A stretch of DNA of 64,000 bases from positions 1 through 64,000 of the forward strand of contig JAVKOQ020000051.1 in the NCBI GenBank assembly GCA_031835245.2. Direction: 5' to 3'. Positions 53,090-64,000 of the stretch are shown one piece after another. The position numbers and the translations under genes were made by a program. The notes below the pieces were generated by a model. The model ran no database searches. It was given only the letters and a program-made list of their open reading frames with translations, and was not told the DNA's origin. Source of the DNA: Balamuthia mandrillaris (Eukaryota). Numbering within the stretch: position 1 is the first letter of the stretch; every line of letters begins with the position of its first letter.

Positions 53090-53987
53090 ATGTTCAACAG
53101 GAAAGACGCCGCCATCCCCACCAAATGGAACAACAACGCCAACCACGCGGACAACAAGGGCAAGAGGAAGGCCTCCGCATCCACGAACCTCAACGACGAC
53201 GGCGAGCACGCCTACCGAACCAACAGCAAAGAGCTGTTGGCCAGCCTGGACATCGCGCTCTGTGCCTCCCTCGACGCCAACGAACAAGAACAAGAAGAAG
53301 AGAGGACGGCAAAGAGCCCAGCTTCGCCTTTGGTCCCTTCTGTTAAGCACAACAACAAAACTTCTCTCCAGCCAAAAGCTCGAAGAAGAACCAATAATGA
53401 AGACGAAGGAGAAGGAGAAGCAGCCCACCTTCGCACCCGATCAAGCACAGATCCCTCGGCTTCGACTGCTGTTGCTTCACCGAAACAACAACAACGTACA
53501 CGAAGACCTCAGAGTGCTAAAGAAGTGGAAGAAGAAGCAGAAGTGGAGGTCTCCGACGTGGACGCCAACGGCACGCACCGCTCCCTGCTGCACGAAATGG
53601 ATTCCGCCTTTAACCTTTGCACGTTGAACCAATCCTCGTTCGCTTCAACGAAGGAAGAGGAGGAAGAAGACCAACAACATAGAAGAAGAAGACCCAAAAA
53701 GAGCACGAGAACAACCACAGCGGCAGCCACACCGAGGACCCAAATAACGGACTCCTCCCTGAGAAGACAGCTGAAGACCACCGACCAGAAGCTGGCCAAC
53801 CTGGGCGTGGCCTTTGGCAACCTGCGGGACTTGAACCGCTCCATGCGGCAGAGCATCAGCCTGCGGCTGTCGCGGCTGGGAGAGGTCGTGGAGGGAGCAG
53901 GCGGAGGAGCTGCTGATCGGGCGGGTGGTGCCACGCATACTGCATATTATTCTGGTTTACCACCTTCTGCGATTTATGGAGGTTTGG

Positions 53988-54020
<33 letters not shown>

Positions 54021-54129
54021 GCTTTCTGTCTCTGTTCTCTCTCTCTCTCTCTCTCTCTCTCTTACTCTCTCTCTCTCTGTCTCTCTCTTACTTCTCTCTC
54101 TCTCTCTCTGCTTTCTCTGTCTCTCTGTC

Positions 54130-54202
<73 letters not shown>

Positions 54203-57200
54203 CCATTTACTAAGTTCTCTTCGCTCCTTTCTTTTAAACACTACATAAAGATGGCCAAACTACCAGAAGACTATACTATAAGAAGCGTCCAGTGCATCCC
54301 GTCTACAAACAATATCATTCACACCATCACAACTCTCATATCCACGCCGCTCTACAAAGACCACCGCAAAGGCCTCCGCTTCCATTACGAAGGGATTACA
54401 TGAACGAAAGTCTTTCTCGCAGTCAGCTGAGTGCTTCTGCTCTGCTTCGTAAATACTTTGCTCCGTTTTCGGAAGATGAAAACCTCAGCAATGACAAAGG
54501 CAAAGCACTGGAAGAAAGAGCAATACGAAAAGAATCTGCTGCATCTTCTTCAGACCCTCCTTCTACCTCTTCAGGTTCTCCTTCGATCATTCCGGCGAAA
54601 CTTGCAAACTCTCCACGTCCTCGAACTTCTTTGCTCAACGCCGCAGCAACCATTTCTCCATCCGCTTCTTCTTCTTCCGCCAACAAAAAGGCAGATGATG
54701 AGGAAGAAAGAGAAACATCCGCTTCACTTTGGGAGTCGAAACTAACCCATTTGGTGGAGAAATATAGAGAAGAGGAAGTCAATATGAGCAACTTGCGGTT
54801 GAAAGAACTACCGTTTCGCCTTCTCTTCTCTGCTCAACGTTTCTTGGTTTCGCTGGACCTCTCCAACAACCGAATTGCTGATTTGGAGGCCTCCTCTTCT
54901 TTTGCTTCTTCTTCAGTTTCGTCGATATTTGCACAGTTGCTCTCTTTGAAAGAACTTAATCTCAGCCACAACGAACTTGTCTCGTTGCCAGAAACTCTAT
55001 TTCGTTGTCCGAAAGTACAACATTCTTTCTTTCTTCTTTCTTCTTGTTTCCTTGCTAACCAATTCTCTTTCTCTCTCTTTACATTTGCTTGACAGTTGCA
55101 AATGCTTGACGCATCCCACAATAGACTGACATCGATTCATCTTCCTGCAACTTCCATCCTCGCCTCTCTTGCTCTCTCCGACTTAGTTCTCTCGCACAAC
55201 CTCTTGAAAGACTCTCCGCCTGAGCTTTGTCTCTTACCTCACCTTGCTGGTCTTGGTCTTGACAACAACCTTCTTGAAAGCTTTCCTCCTTCTTCACCTT
55301 ATTTTCCTCCCTCTTCATCTTCTTCGTCTTCGTCCTCTGCTTCTTCTTCAAACCATACTGGTTGGTTTGCTTCGTTGATAGCTTTAGACCTTTCTAACAA
55401 TCGCTTGAAAGAGATCTCTCCTCAACTCTGTCACTTGACCGCTCTTCAAGAACTCACTCTAAGCAACAACAAGTTGACTTATATTCGCGAAGAATTGGAG
55501 CTGGAGCGTCTCTCCGAGAATTTGCTCTTGTTGGATCTCTCTCACAACCTGTTGCGAGAGTTGGGAGGACCCATCGCCTCCTCTAAACTGTGTCAACTGA
55601 AGGAGTTGGTGACGTTGTCGGTGCAACATAACAGGTTGGAGTATCTTCCGTTGGAGATTTGGAGGTTGAAGAATTTGCGAGTGCTACGATTGGAAGGCAA
55701 TCCTGTTGCCACTGCGTTGATGAAAGAACAACAGCAAACCACGAAACAGATACTGCATTGGCATCGAGAAAGATATTTGTTGGAAAAGATGAAACGGAAC
55801 CAACAAACGTCGTCCTCCAAAACGAAAGAAGAAAAGCAGAAGAGGAAGCAACAAAAGAAAGAAGAGATGACGGCGAGCAAAGATATAGAGCAGTTTTTGA
55901 ATATGAGCGATACAAACGTCTATGATCTGTTGGTTCATTTGCCTCAAATGCAACAAGAGCAGATGGAGAGAGAGCAACAACAAAAGGAAGAGAAAGAAAA
56001 AGAGAAAAAAGCTCTCAAGAATCCTTCTGGTAAAACTTTCTCTTTCATTCTCACATGCTCTCTCCTTTTCTTACTTCTTTACAAACAGATGAAGTATCTT
56101 CGGCGACAGCCAACAAAGAACAAATAGCCTCACCCACCAGAGAGAAAAGAATGACCAAGTCGCATCAATCGTTTAATAATCTTAACCAAATCATCACCCG
56201 TGATCCATCCTCCAAAGCGAACGCTGCTGCATTACGCCCTAGTCCTGGTTTCTATGCTCCCTCTATGGTACGTTCACCATCATCCAACAATAAGAAGAAC
56301 GCAAAGAAACTTAACGTTATCGCTTCTTTTTCTTCCATCTTGTTTTGTTTTCGTTTATGGTTTATAGCAGTCAAAACGGGCTCGAATGAAGCACGCCAAT
56401 TCTATCATACTGCCATGTGCTGAATGGCGTTTATGTGAGGAGGAGACAGAAAAGAAGGAAGAAGACAAAGAAGAAGAAGGAAGAGGCGAAAACAAGCAAC
56501 TGAAACCAAGCAAGGAGGAGAAAGAATTCGTGTTGGAAGGAGACGAGAATTATTTGCCCCATTACAAAGATTACTTTGTGGAAAGAGGTACATCATTTTT
56601 GTTTGTTTGGAGTTTGAGTGCTGACTTTTCGTATTCTTATTCTTTTTTCTTTACAAAACAAAGCACACACCAACTTTTTTGGATGGGATCCTGTGTTAGG
56701 TCCAATGGCCATTTCCATCCTAAAAGAGAAAGACAACAATCCCTTTAATCCTTCGTATTGGTTCCTGATTCGTACTCAACATGTTTGTTGCTTCTCTTTC
56801 TTCTTCCTTCTTCTTTCTTCTTTAACACTTTTTTTTAACAAAACCAAAGGGAACTGAAATTGGAGCCATTCCAACAAGTTTATACAAGGCGCATCGTTCT
56901 CGTATCAGCAAATACCCAAGCAGTAGCCACCTGCTCTCTGCTCTTCGCAAAATGCTCAAACCTAATCTTGATGCTGCTGAACTCTATCCTGTTAAGGTCA
57001 TCCATTCTCTTCCTTCTGTCGTTCTTTTTTGTTATTATTTATTAACTGAAACGAACGTTTAGGGAACGGAAGCACAACAAGCGTTGTTGGAGCTGGAGCA
57101 ACAAATGTTGGTAAGAGCGCATAAATTTGGTGTCATTTATTGCAAAGAAGGACAAATCACTGCTGACCAAATGCTAAATAATGGTTTCGTTCTTCTTCTT

Positions 57201-57601
57201 CTTCCGCTTCTGCTTCTTCTAATTCTTTTTCTTCTTCTTCTTCTTCTTCTTCTTCCTTCTTCTGCTTCGGTCTTCTCTGTGTTTTCTGCTGACACTGTTT
57301 GTAATAGTGGAAGGAAGTGACGCTTTTGAGGAATTTTTGAGTTTCCTGGGAGAATGTATCTACTTGGAAGATTGGAAAGGCTATTGCGGTGGTCTCGACG
57401 TTACAAGTTTGTCTTCCTTCTCTCTTCTTCAAAGAATTGTTGAAACTAATGTCGTGTAATCTGTAGAAAACAAAGTGTCTTTCGATTGGACAGGAAGGCA
57501 TTCTGTCTTTACAAACTGGCGCGATTTGGACGTTATGTTCCACGTCTCCACTCTCCTTCCCTTCTCGTTAACTGATAACCGTCAGGTAGAAATCCTTTAC
57601 T

Positions 57602-57633
<32 letters not shown>

Positions 57634-57783
57634 GCACTCGCGATGAATGACCATTTCTCTATGCTGCTATTTGAATATTAGACTGTACGTAAGCATCACA
57701 TCGGAAGCGATGTGGGCGTTATAGTGTTTGTCGATGGAGACACCAAGTTCTCTCCACTGTCCGTTGCTTCACTCATCAACAGT

Positions 57784-57821
<38 letters not shown>

Positions 57822-59106
57822 CTCTCTAATGAATGTTCATACAAACAAAACAGAGGTATTTGCGGTCGTGAAAGCAGAAAAGAACCCCAAAGATGGAACA
57901 ACGCAGTATCGCGTGGCGTTTACCGCCAAAGAGGAGGTACCGGAGTTTGGACCGTTGTTGCCGTGCCCTCCTCTCTTTCAAGCAAACTCTGTCTTTAGGG
58001 ACTTGTTATTGAGCAAACGTACGTTTGTTTGAGGTTTGGTTTTCTCTTCATTTCTTTTACATGCTATATTTACTCTTTTCGCTTTATTCTCAGTGGTAAA
58101 TGGAGAAAGAGCTGCGTATCGCTCTGCAGAGTTGTTCCAAGGCATCGGACAAACCCGCTTCATTCTTCTCTCCGAGCTTGCTCAACGTTTCCTGCATCCG
58201 GTTCGTATTCTTTCCTCCCTCTTCTTTAACTTTTCCTCGCAGAGAGGACTAACTCTTGTTGAACAAATACAGAAAAAACCAAGTTTTACCACGATGGTAG
58301 CTCCGGGATCTCTTCGTAGTTCACATCATCTCATCAAGAAGCAGACAAAACCAACCGTCGCTCTTCCGACAACAGAAACTAACAAACACGAAGACCTCAA
58401 CATCAACAACACTATCGACAGAGTTAAAGAAAAAGACAAGGAACGAACGGAAGCAATCGTTCAGCAAGAAGCAGAACAACTCTATTCCTCTGTTGGACTT
58501 TACACCTCAGTCGATTTGACTGCATCAGATGAAGAAGCCGATGAAGAAGAGAACGACGATGATGAACAAATCAACGATGACGACTACGACGATGATGACG
58601 AAGAGTTCTTTTCCAATATCTCAGGGATAAGCGAAGCTGAGGAAGAGCATTACCATCGACGCTCCAACTTTTACTTCTACGATGATGTTGTTGGCAACGA
58701 AGAACATGAGGAAGAAGAGGAATATGACTACGAGAATACTTATGGCAGGGTGGATACGGAACTGCTGAAGCGAGAGATGGCGAGAAGAGAGATGGAAAGA
58801 GAGTTGTGGCGACGAGAAATGTTGATGAACAGCAACATCGCCAACTCCTCGGATGAAGAGTACCTCGCTTCGCTCGATCGTTTCCATCCGAGACTTGCGT
58901 ATGCTGCGTCTTCTTCGAGAAACAGTTCTGCTTCTTCTTCTTCTCCATCGAATGAAAGAAGAACAAGGAGAAGAGATGGAGGAGGAGACAAAGACAGGAA
59001 GAAACTTCCTCCTGTTCCTCCTCCGAGAAGGATCAAAGCCCATCTGACGCCAAACGAGAAGTTAATCGGCCTCTTCAAACCCCCTCGTCCCTCTCGCTCA
59101 AAATGA
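53090..59106 (+). CDS. Large LRR + Rap/Ran-GAP domain protein
   Basis: LDLSNNRI, LNLSHNEL, LRLEGNP repeats; HTNFFG, HKFGVIYCKEGQ, FEEFLSFLGE, GYCGGLD, VMFHVSTLLPF, RKHHIGSDV, VPEFGPLLP, VNGERAAY. Intron ~53983-54250 joins the N-terminal exon in frame. Confidence 0.88.
53995..54200. repeat. Intronic (TC)n microsatellite
   Basis: Seen directly. Confidence 0.9.
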
Positions 59107-59130
59107 AGCATGGAAGGAAGATTGGAAGCT

Positions 59131-61916
59131 TTATTGGATGATGCTGATTTTCTTTCTCTTAGACGTGAAGTTTTGGTTGTTGATTCGGAAAATCGTTTGT
59201 GGAGTGATGTCGTTGGGGTTGATGTTTTCCTCACCTTGTTGCTGGTTGACGAGCTTCAAGAGAGTTCCTTTGTATACTGCATTTGGTGGCGTTGTACACA
59301 GCGAATAAAGCGTTTTCTTTAACTCTGAAGAGCCAATGCATGAGTTTCTTTTCGACGAAAGGAATAGAGAAAGAGAAAGTTTACCTGATGACGGGATGTT
59401 TGTGGCGTTTTGAATGTCTGCGAAGCTCATTTCTTGAATGTTGGAGTTAAACAGATCCAATACGCACATCATTGCCGTGCTATAGCGTCAAAAGGAAGTT
59501 AGAATGACAACAGCAGGCAAAGGGAATAACTTCGTGAAGAATAACGTACGTTACTGTTATAAAAACAGACCCAGAACCTGTTTCTGCTTTTATTTGCGCT
59601 GTTCCCTATTTGAATAGAAAAGCGGATTCGTGAGAGACAGAAAAAGAAGAGAGGACAATAGCAGAACGAACCATGTGTGGGAGATAATGTAAGGACCGTC
59701 CAGGTCTCTTTTGCTTAAACGTATCAGCAAAGCTATTCCATGCGTGTTGGACTGCATTCGGAAGTGTACATCCTGTTGGCAGCTGTCGCTGGTTCATCTT
59801 CCATCCTCTCGGCAGAATTGTTTGCCAACTCTGTTCATCTTCAGTTTCACTTTCTTCGGGCTCTCTTCTCAAAATGGATTGGTAAGGCCACATTCGCATG
59901 TTCAGAATCCGAGCGCTAATGCTTGGTAGTTTCTCTTCTCCTTCTTCTCCATCTTCTTTGTTCAACGTTGTGGTTGGGGTTGGTACAACAATAGTGCCAG
60001 CAGCAAGAAGCTCTTTCCACGCTTTCGTCCAACTGAGCGAAGAAGCATGAGCATCGGTCAACATTTCTCTCGCATTCTTGTAGAACATGTTGAAGAGAGG
60101 GAGCGTGTTGTTCTGTTGAATGTTGTTGCTCTTCTTGTTTTCTACTTTTTTTCCAACTTTGAAACGTTCTAAACATTGCTGTTCCAACTTAAAAACCAGC
60201 TGAAGCTTTTTTTGAGCTGTTGCGGAAGATGTTTGTTTGGTATCTTCTTGTTTGGCAATCAGCCAAAGTAGTCTTTTGGCGAGTAAAGCGCAGTAGTACC
60301 CTTCGAAATCAACGATAGCGTTTCCTCTCGTGTGTTGAAGGAGGAAAGAGGCGATGTCATAGGAAGAAAAGGCGGAAGCGAGCGCGGCATCCCGTTCTTT
60401 CCGCTCCTTAAAACGTTGGTGCGATGTTGTTCTGTGTCGTAAGCATAAATGAGTTGCAAGACATACAAATTGCGAAGACAATGAAAGAAAAGAAAACGAT
60501 GAAACAAAAAGATAAAGAAAGCTACAAACTTGATGGCAAAATGGCAATAGAACGCAATGTGCTTGACGAAAGGATTTACAAAGTGAGGCAACGCTTGTCT
60601 CAACGCACGATGGAAGCCACGTTCCTTTCCTTCAGGAAACGTGCTATCCACAAGTTCATAATAGTCTTTCATCCATTGATACAAGTTCTCCACTAGAGTT
60701 TTTGTTTTAGATAGAAGAGAAGAAGTGGAATTATTGCTTAAGTCATTCATGAATGCCGAAGAAGCAGAGATGGAATGTTCTTTGGTGTGGACGTAAAGAC
60801 ATCTTCGCAGTTGTGGATGGAGGGAAGGTATTTGTTTGTAGAGTTGTCCCAAAACTGATAGCGATGTTTGGTGAGTTCATCAGGCAGAAATAAAAAGGAA
60901 GTAACTAGAAAAAAATTGAAAAAACAAACCTGACCACTGTGAAGACCTAAACAAGGAAGCTATGTGTTGGAGCAGGGCGCTTCCTTGAAGCGAAAGAATT
61001 GTTCCAGTCAACGACATCGCTGACTCTGATCCATTTTTCGTCTTCATCTCACTTTCTCCTTCTTCTTCTTCTTGTTCTTTTTCTTTCTCTTTCCCTTTTC
61101 CTTCTTCCTCTGCTTCATCATCCCGTTTATTCTCCTCTTCTTCTTGTTCGTCCTCTTCCTCGTCCTCTTCTTCATTCACTTCTCTGCGTTCGTTTCTTTC
61201 TTGCAATACCCGTTCAAAAAGGATCAACTGTTGCAAAAAGCCATCGTTCGGTTGAGCACTTGCTCGTAGACGTTTGATGTGGAGAAGAGCGTTGAAGAGT
61301 GGCCAGCCACGACTGCGCATCAAATATGCGACACAAAGAGACGTCGCCCGTGAGTTGCCGGACTTGCTGTGGACTAAAGACGTTCGGCCTTCTTTCAACG
61401 CTTCCTCTTTTATGTTTTTTTGGATTAGATGGAAGAGAGCCAAGTGAAAGAAGAGAGAAGCTTGAACGAAGAGGAAAGGAGAGAGCAGAGAGCAGAGAGC
61501 AGAGAGGAGAGAGCAGAGAGCAGAGAGCAGAGAGCAGAGCACAAAGGACAGCGAGAGAGTACCAATAAAGTCGACAGATGGATCAAAGTGTTGCGCAATG
61601 TCCTCCTTTGGGTCCTCATACACTTCCAACTTTTTTTTCCACAGAACCATAAAGGTAAGACAAACCTCCAAAAACAAAAAGCATAAATAATAAAAATAAT
61701 AAAAAAAGTCAAACAAACCCACAAATACTTGAAACCCTCATCGGCCTCAAAATGGTTTCTGACGTTCGGCCAAGCGGCGTTCACCACCGCGCTCACGTCC
61801 AGCTCGATGAGCAGTTCACGATCGATGGCGTTCCACTCGTTGCCCAAGTAGAGGCCCTCCACGACTCGCGTCGGCCTCTGCGCCGCCTGTATCCGCTCTC
61901 CAATCGATCTCTTCAT
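59131..61916 (-). CDS. Dual-specificity pseudophosphatase fused to a C-terminally truncated cullin-homology region (8 exons)
   Basis: PTRVVEGLYLGN, VHSKSGNSRATS..AYLM, QPNDGFLQQL; then FEGYYCALLAKRLL, ARILNMRMWP, FADTFKQKRPGRSLHY, MMCVLDLFN, SFADIQNATNIP, FRINNQNFTSKRKKI. All introns are GT-AG and phase-compatible. Confidence 0.82.
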
Positions 61917-61973
61917 TTTTCTTTTCTATTTTTTCTATTTTTCTTTTCTTTTTTCATTTTTATTATTTTCTAA

Positions 61974-62182
61974 CTCCTCATGAAACATTCCTAGCATTCC
62001 AAGCAAGTTGACAAAAAATGTAATATATGGGAGTCGAACCCGCGCATTGTGTGAACAAATTCTGCAGCGTGTTAGTATGGTTGCTCCTCATAAAACATTC
62101 CTTGCATTCCGGTATAAAATTAACAAAGATGTCACACCCAGGAGTCGAACCCGAGGGCAGCACAGAAGAACAAATTCTGCCA
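61974..62182 (-). repeat. Two degenerate ~95-bp units (period ~110), each containing a Pol III B-box
   Basis: Shared CTCCTCAT.AAACATTCCT.GCATTCC...GGAGTCGAACCC...GAACAAATTCTGC, which reads GGTTCGACTCC on the minus strand. Confidence 0.75.
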
Positions 62183-62260
62183 AAAATGAGCACAGATTGT
62201 GCTGCCACAGTCTGCAAAAAAAGAGTTCTCTCGCAACAAAAAAAAAAAAGAAAAGAAGAG

Positions 62261-62943
62261 ATGCGCAGTGGAAGACAAGAGGTGGAGGAAGAGAAGGAGG
62301 AGGGGAAGGAGAAGGAGAAGGGCAGCGTTGTAGGCATGCACCGCAGGGTTGAGCGACGACGCATGCTCTTCGAGGAGAAGCTCATCCTGGTGATGGTGGG
62401 CCTGCCCGCCCGCGGCAAGTCCTACATCGCCAAAAAGGTGGTGAGCCACCTCTCCTGGTTGGGCCTGAGGGCGCGCCTCTTCAACGTGGGCAACCTCCGG
62501 AGGAAGGTCCTTCAGGGCAGCAGCCAGACCTCTGACTTTTTCTCGGCGGAGAACACGGAGGGCAGAGCCACCAGGGAGCAGCTGGCCATGGCTGCCTTGG
62601 ACAGCCTCCTGCATTGGCTAGTGGGCGGTGAGGTAGATGGGGAGAAGGAGGATGAATGCCAACAGAAAAACGCTTCGTCTCCTCCTTCTTCAGCAGCAGC
62701 AGGAGGAGGAGAGGAACGAGGAAGAGGAGGGGATGTGGCTGTGTTTGATGCCACCAACACGACGGACGAGCGGCGAAGAGCGGTGCTGCAGCACTGCATG
62801 GAGTATTTCGGGGCCAAAGGACTCGCTGCTCCCAACGTCATCTTTTTGGAGTGTATTTGTGATGATGAAAAGGTGATCCGTCTTCTTATGTTCTGTTCTC
62901 TGTTCCTCGCACTCTGTCTCTCTGTCTCTCTGTCTCCCTGTCT

Positions 62944-62988
<45 letters not shown>

Positions 62989-63902
62989 TCTCTCTCCTTC
63001 TCTCTCTCTCTCTCTCTCTCTCTCTTCATGAATCGTCCCTTAACATTCTTCTTCATTTAGGTTCTTCGTTCCAACTTGAAGCAGAAGATCCGCAATTCAC
63101 CTGACTACCAAAACATGCCCTACGAGCAAGCCCTTCACGACCTCCAACAACGCATCCAAAACTATCAGCTCGTTTACAGGAGCATCTCCGACGACGCCCT
63201 CAGCTACATTAAGCTCATCAACCTCCAATCTAAAGTCATTTGCAACAAGATCTTTGGCAATCGCGCTCTCAGCATCGCCACTTTTCTGATGAGCATCCAC
63301 ATCGGCAAACGTCCCATTTGGCTCACACGCTCCGCTCATACCGCTTCTGTAGCTGACATGAACAAGAGCCTTACTCCCATGCTACATGATCAACTAAACC
63401 ACAGCAGCACAAATCAAAACGAAGAGAAAGCGACAGAAACAGGAGAGAAAGAAGGAAAGGCAAAGATGAAGACCCACCCGTCATTGCGACAAAGAAATAT
63501 GTCAGATGTTCGTTTGCCGTGGTTTGAAGGAAGAGAGCAAGCAGATGCGACCACCCTGAAAGAACTTTCGTCATTGCGGTTGCCCTCCAAGCAAACAATG
63601 GGTGACTCTCTCAGCGAGCAAGGGCGTAGCTATGCAAAGAAATTAGCAGAGTTTATTCAGAGCAAGGCATGCCTTTCTTCTTTATACTTTCTGTTTTCTG
63701 AATTTCTTATTAATCTTTTTACTTTTATAGTGTTCAGTGGAGACGTTAACTGTACATACAAGCACATTGCCAAGAGCTGTAGAAACAGCTCAATATATTC
63801 CTGTCCCTACCAACCAATGGAGCGCTCTTAATATGCTGGACGCTGGCGTCTGCAACGACATGAGTCTTGCAAACGTTCGTTTCTCTCTCTTGCTCTCTCT
63901 TG

Positions 63903-63949
<47 letters not shown>

Positions 63950-64000
63950 GCTCATTCTCTTTCGATTTCCTACCTTTTTTGTTCAAACAAACAGATAAAA
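62261..64000 (+). CDS. PFKFB: 6-phosphofructo-2-kinase/fructose-2,6-bisphosphatase family, runs off the window
   Basis: MVGLPARGKSY, FNVGNLRR, AVFDATNTT, FLECICDD, NSPDY, SYIKLIN, RPIWLTR. Start codon uncertain. Confidence 0.93.

Noticed and set aside
52949..54403. Separate 484-aa gene upstream of the LRR region
   Set aside because: It reads through a (TC)n intron; splicing G|gtttgg...aaag|AT joins the exon to the LRR-RapGAP frame.
62100..62185. tRNA gene
   Set aside because: Only a T-arm/B-box resemblance; no acceptor or anticodon stems found.

Overview
Intron-rich, gene-dense eukaryotic DNA with short GT-AG introns full of T/C microsatellites. The gene content (Frizzled/Smoothened-like GPCR, TKL kinase, LRR-RapGAP, BTB-TLDc) suggests an amoebozoan protist; that taxon call is inference only. 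The first 43.7 kb is a giant inverted repeat: 1-~16.3 kb mirrors ~27.6-43.7 kb. Its outer stratum is near-identical (USP, nucleoside hydrolase, TRAPPC5, PPPDE-SHP-UBX) and its inner stratum is diverged (C45 peptidase, large RanBP2-ZnF/F-box gene). The ~11 kb spacer holds a third C45 copy, a kinase, Misato and several broken gene fragments. The single-copy right part encodes MAPEG, FolD, a FERM protein, a Frizzled-like receptor, an LRR-RapGAP, a DUSP-cullin fusion and PFKFB. The most interesting item is a spliced gene joining a Cys->Ser dual-specificity pseudophosphatase to a cullin-homology region that lacks the NEDD8-acceptor WHB domain. Both neighbouring genes also carry Ser at a canonical catalytic position (RapGAP Asn thumb, FBPase-2 His). 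All exon models were assembled by eye, and no database searches were run.
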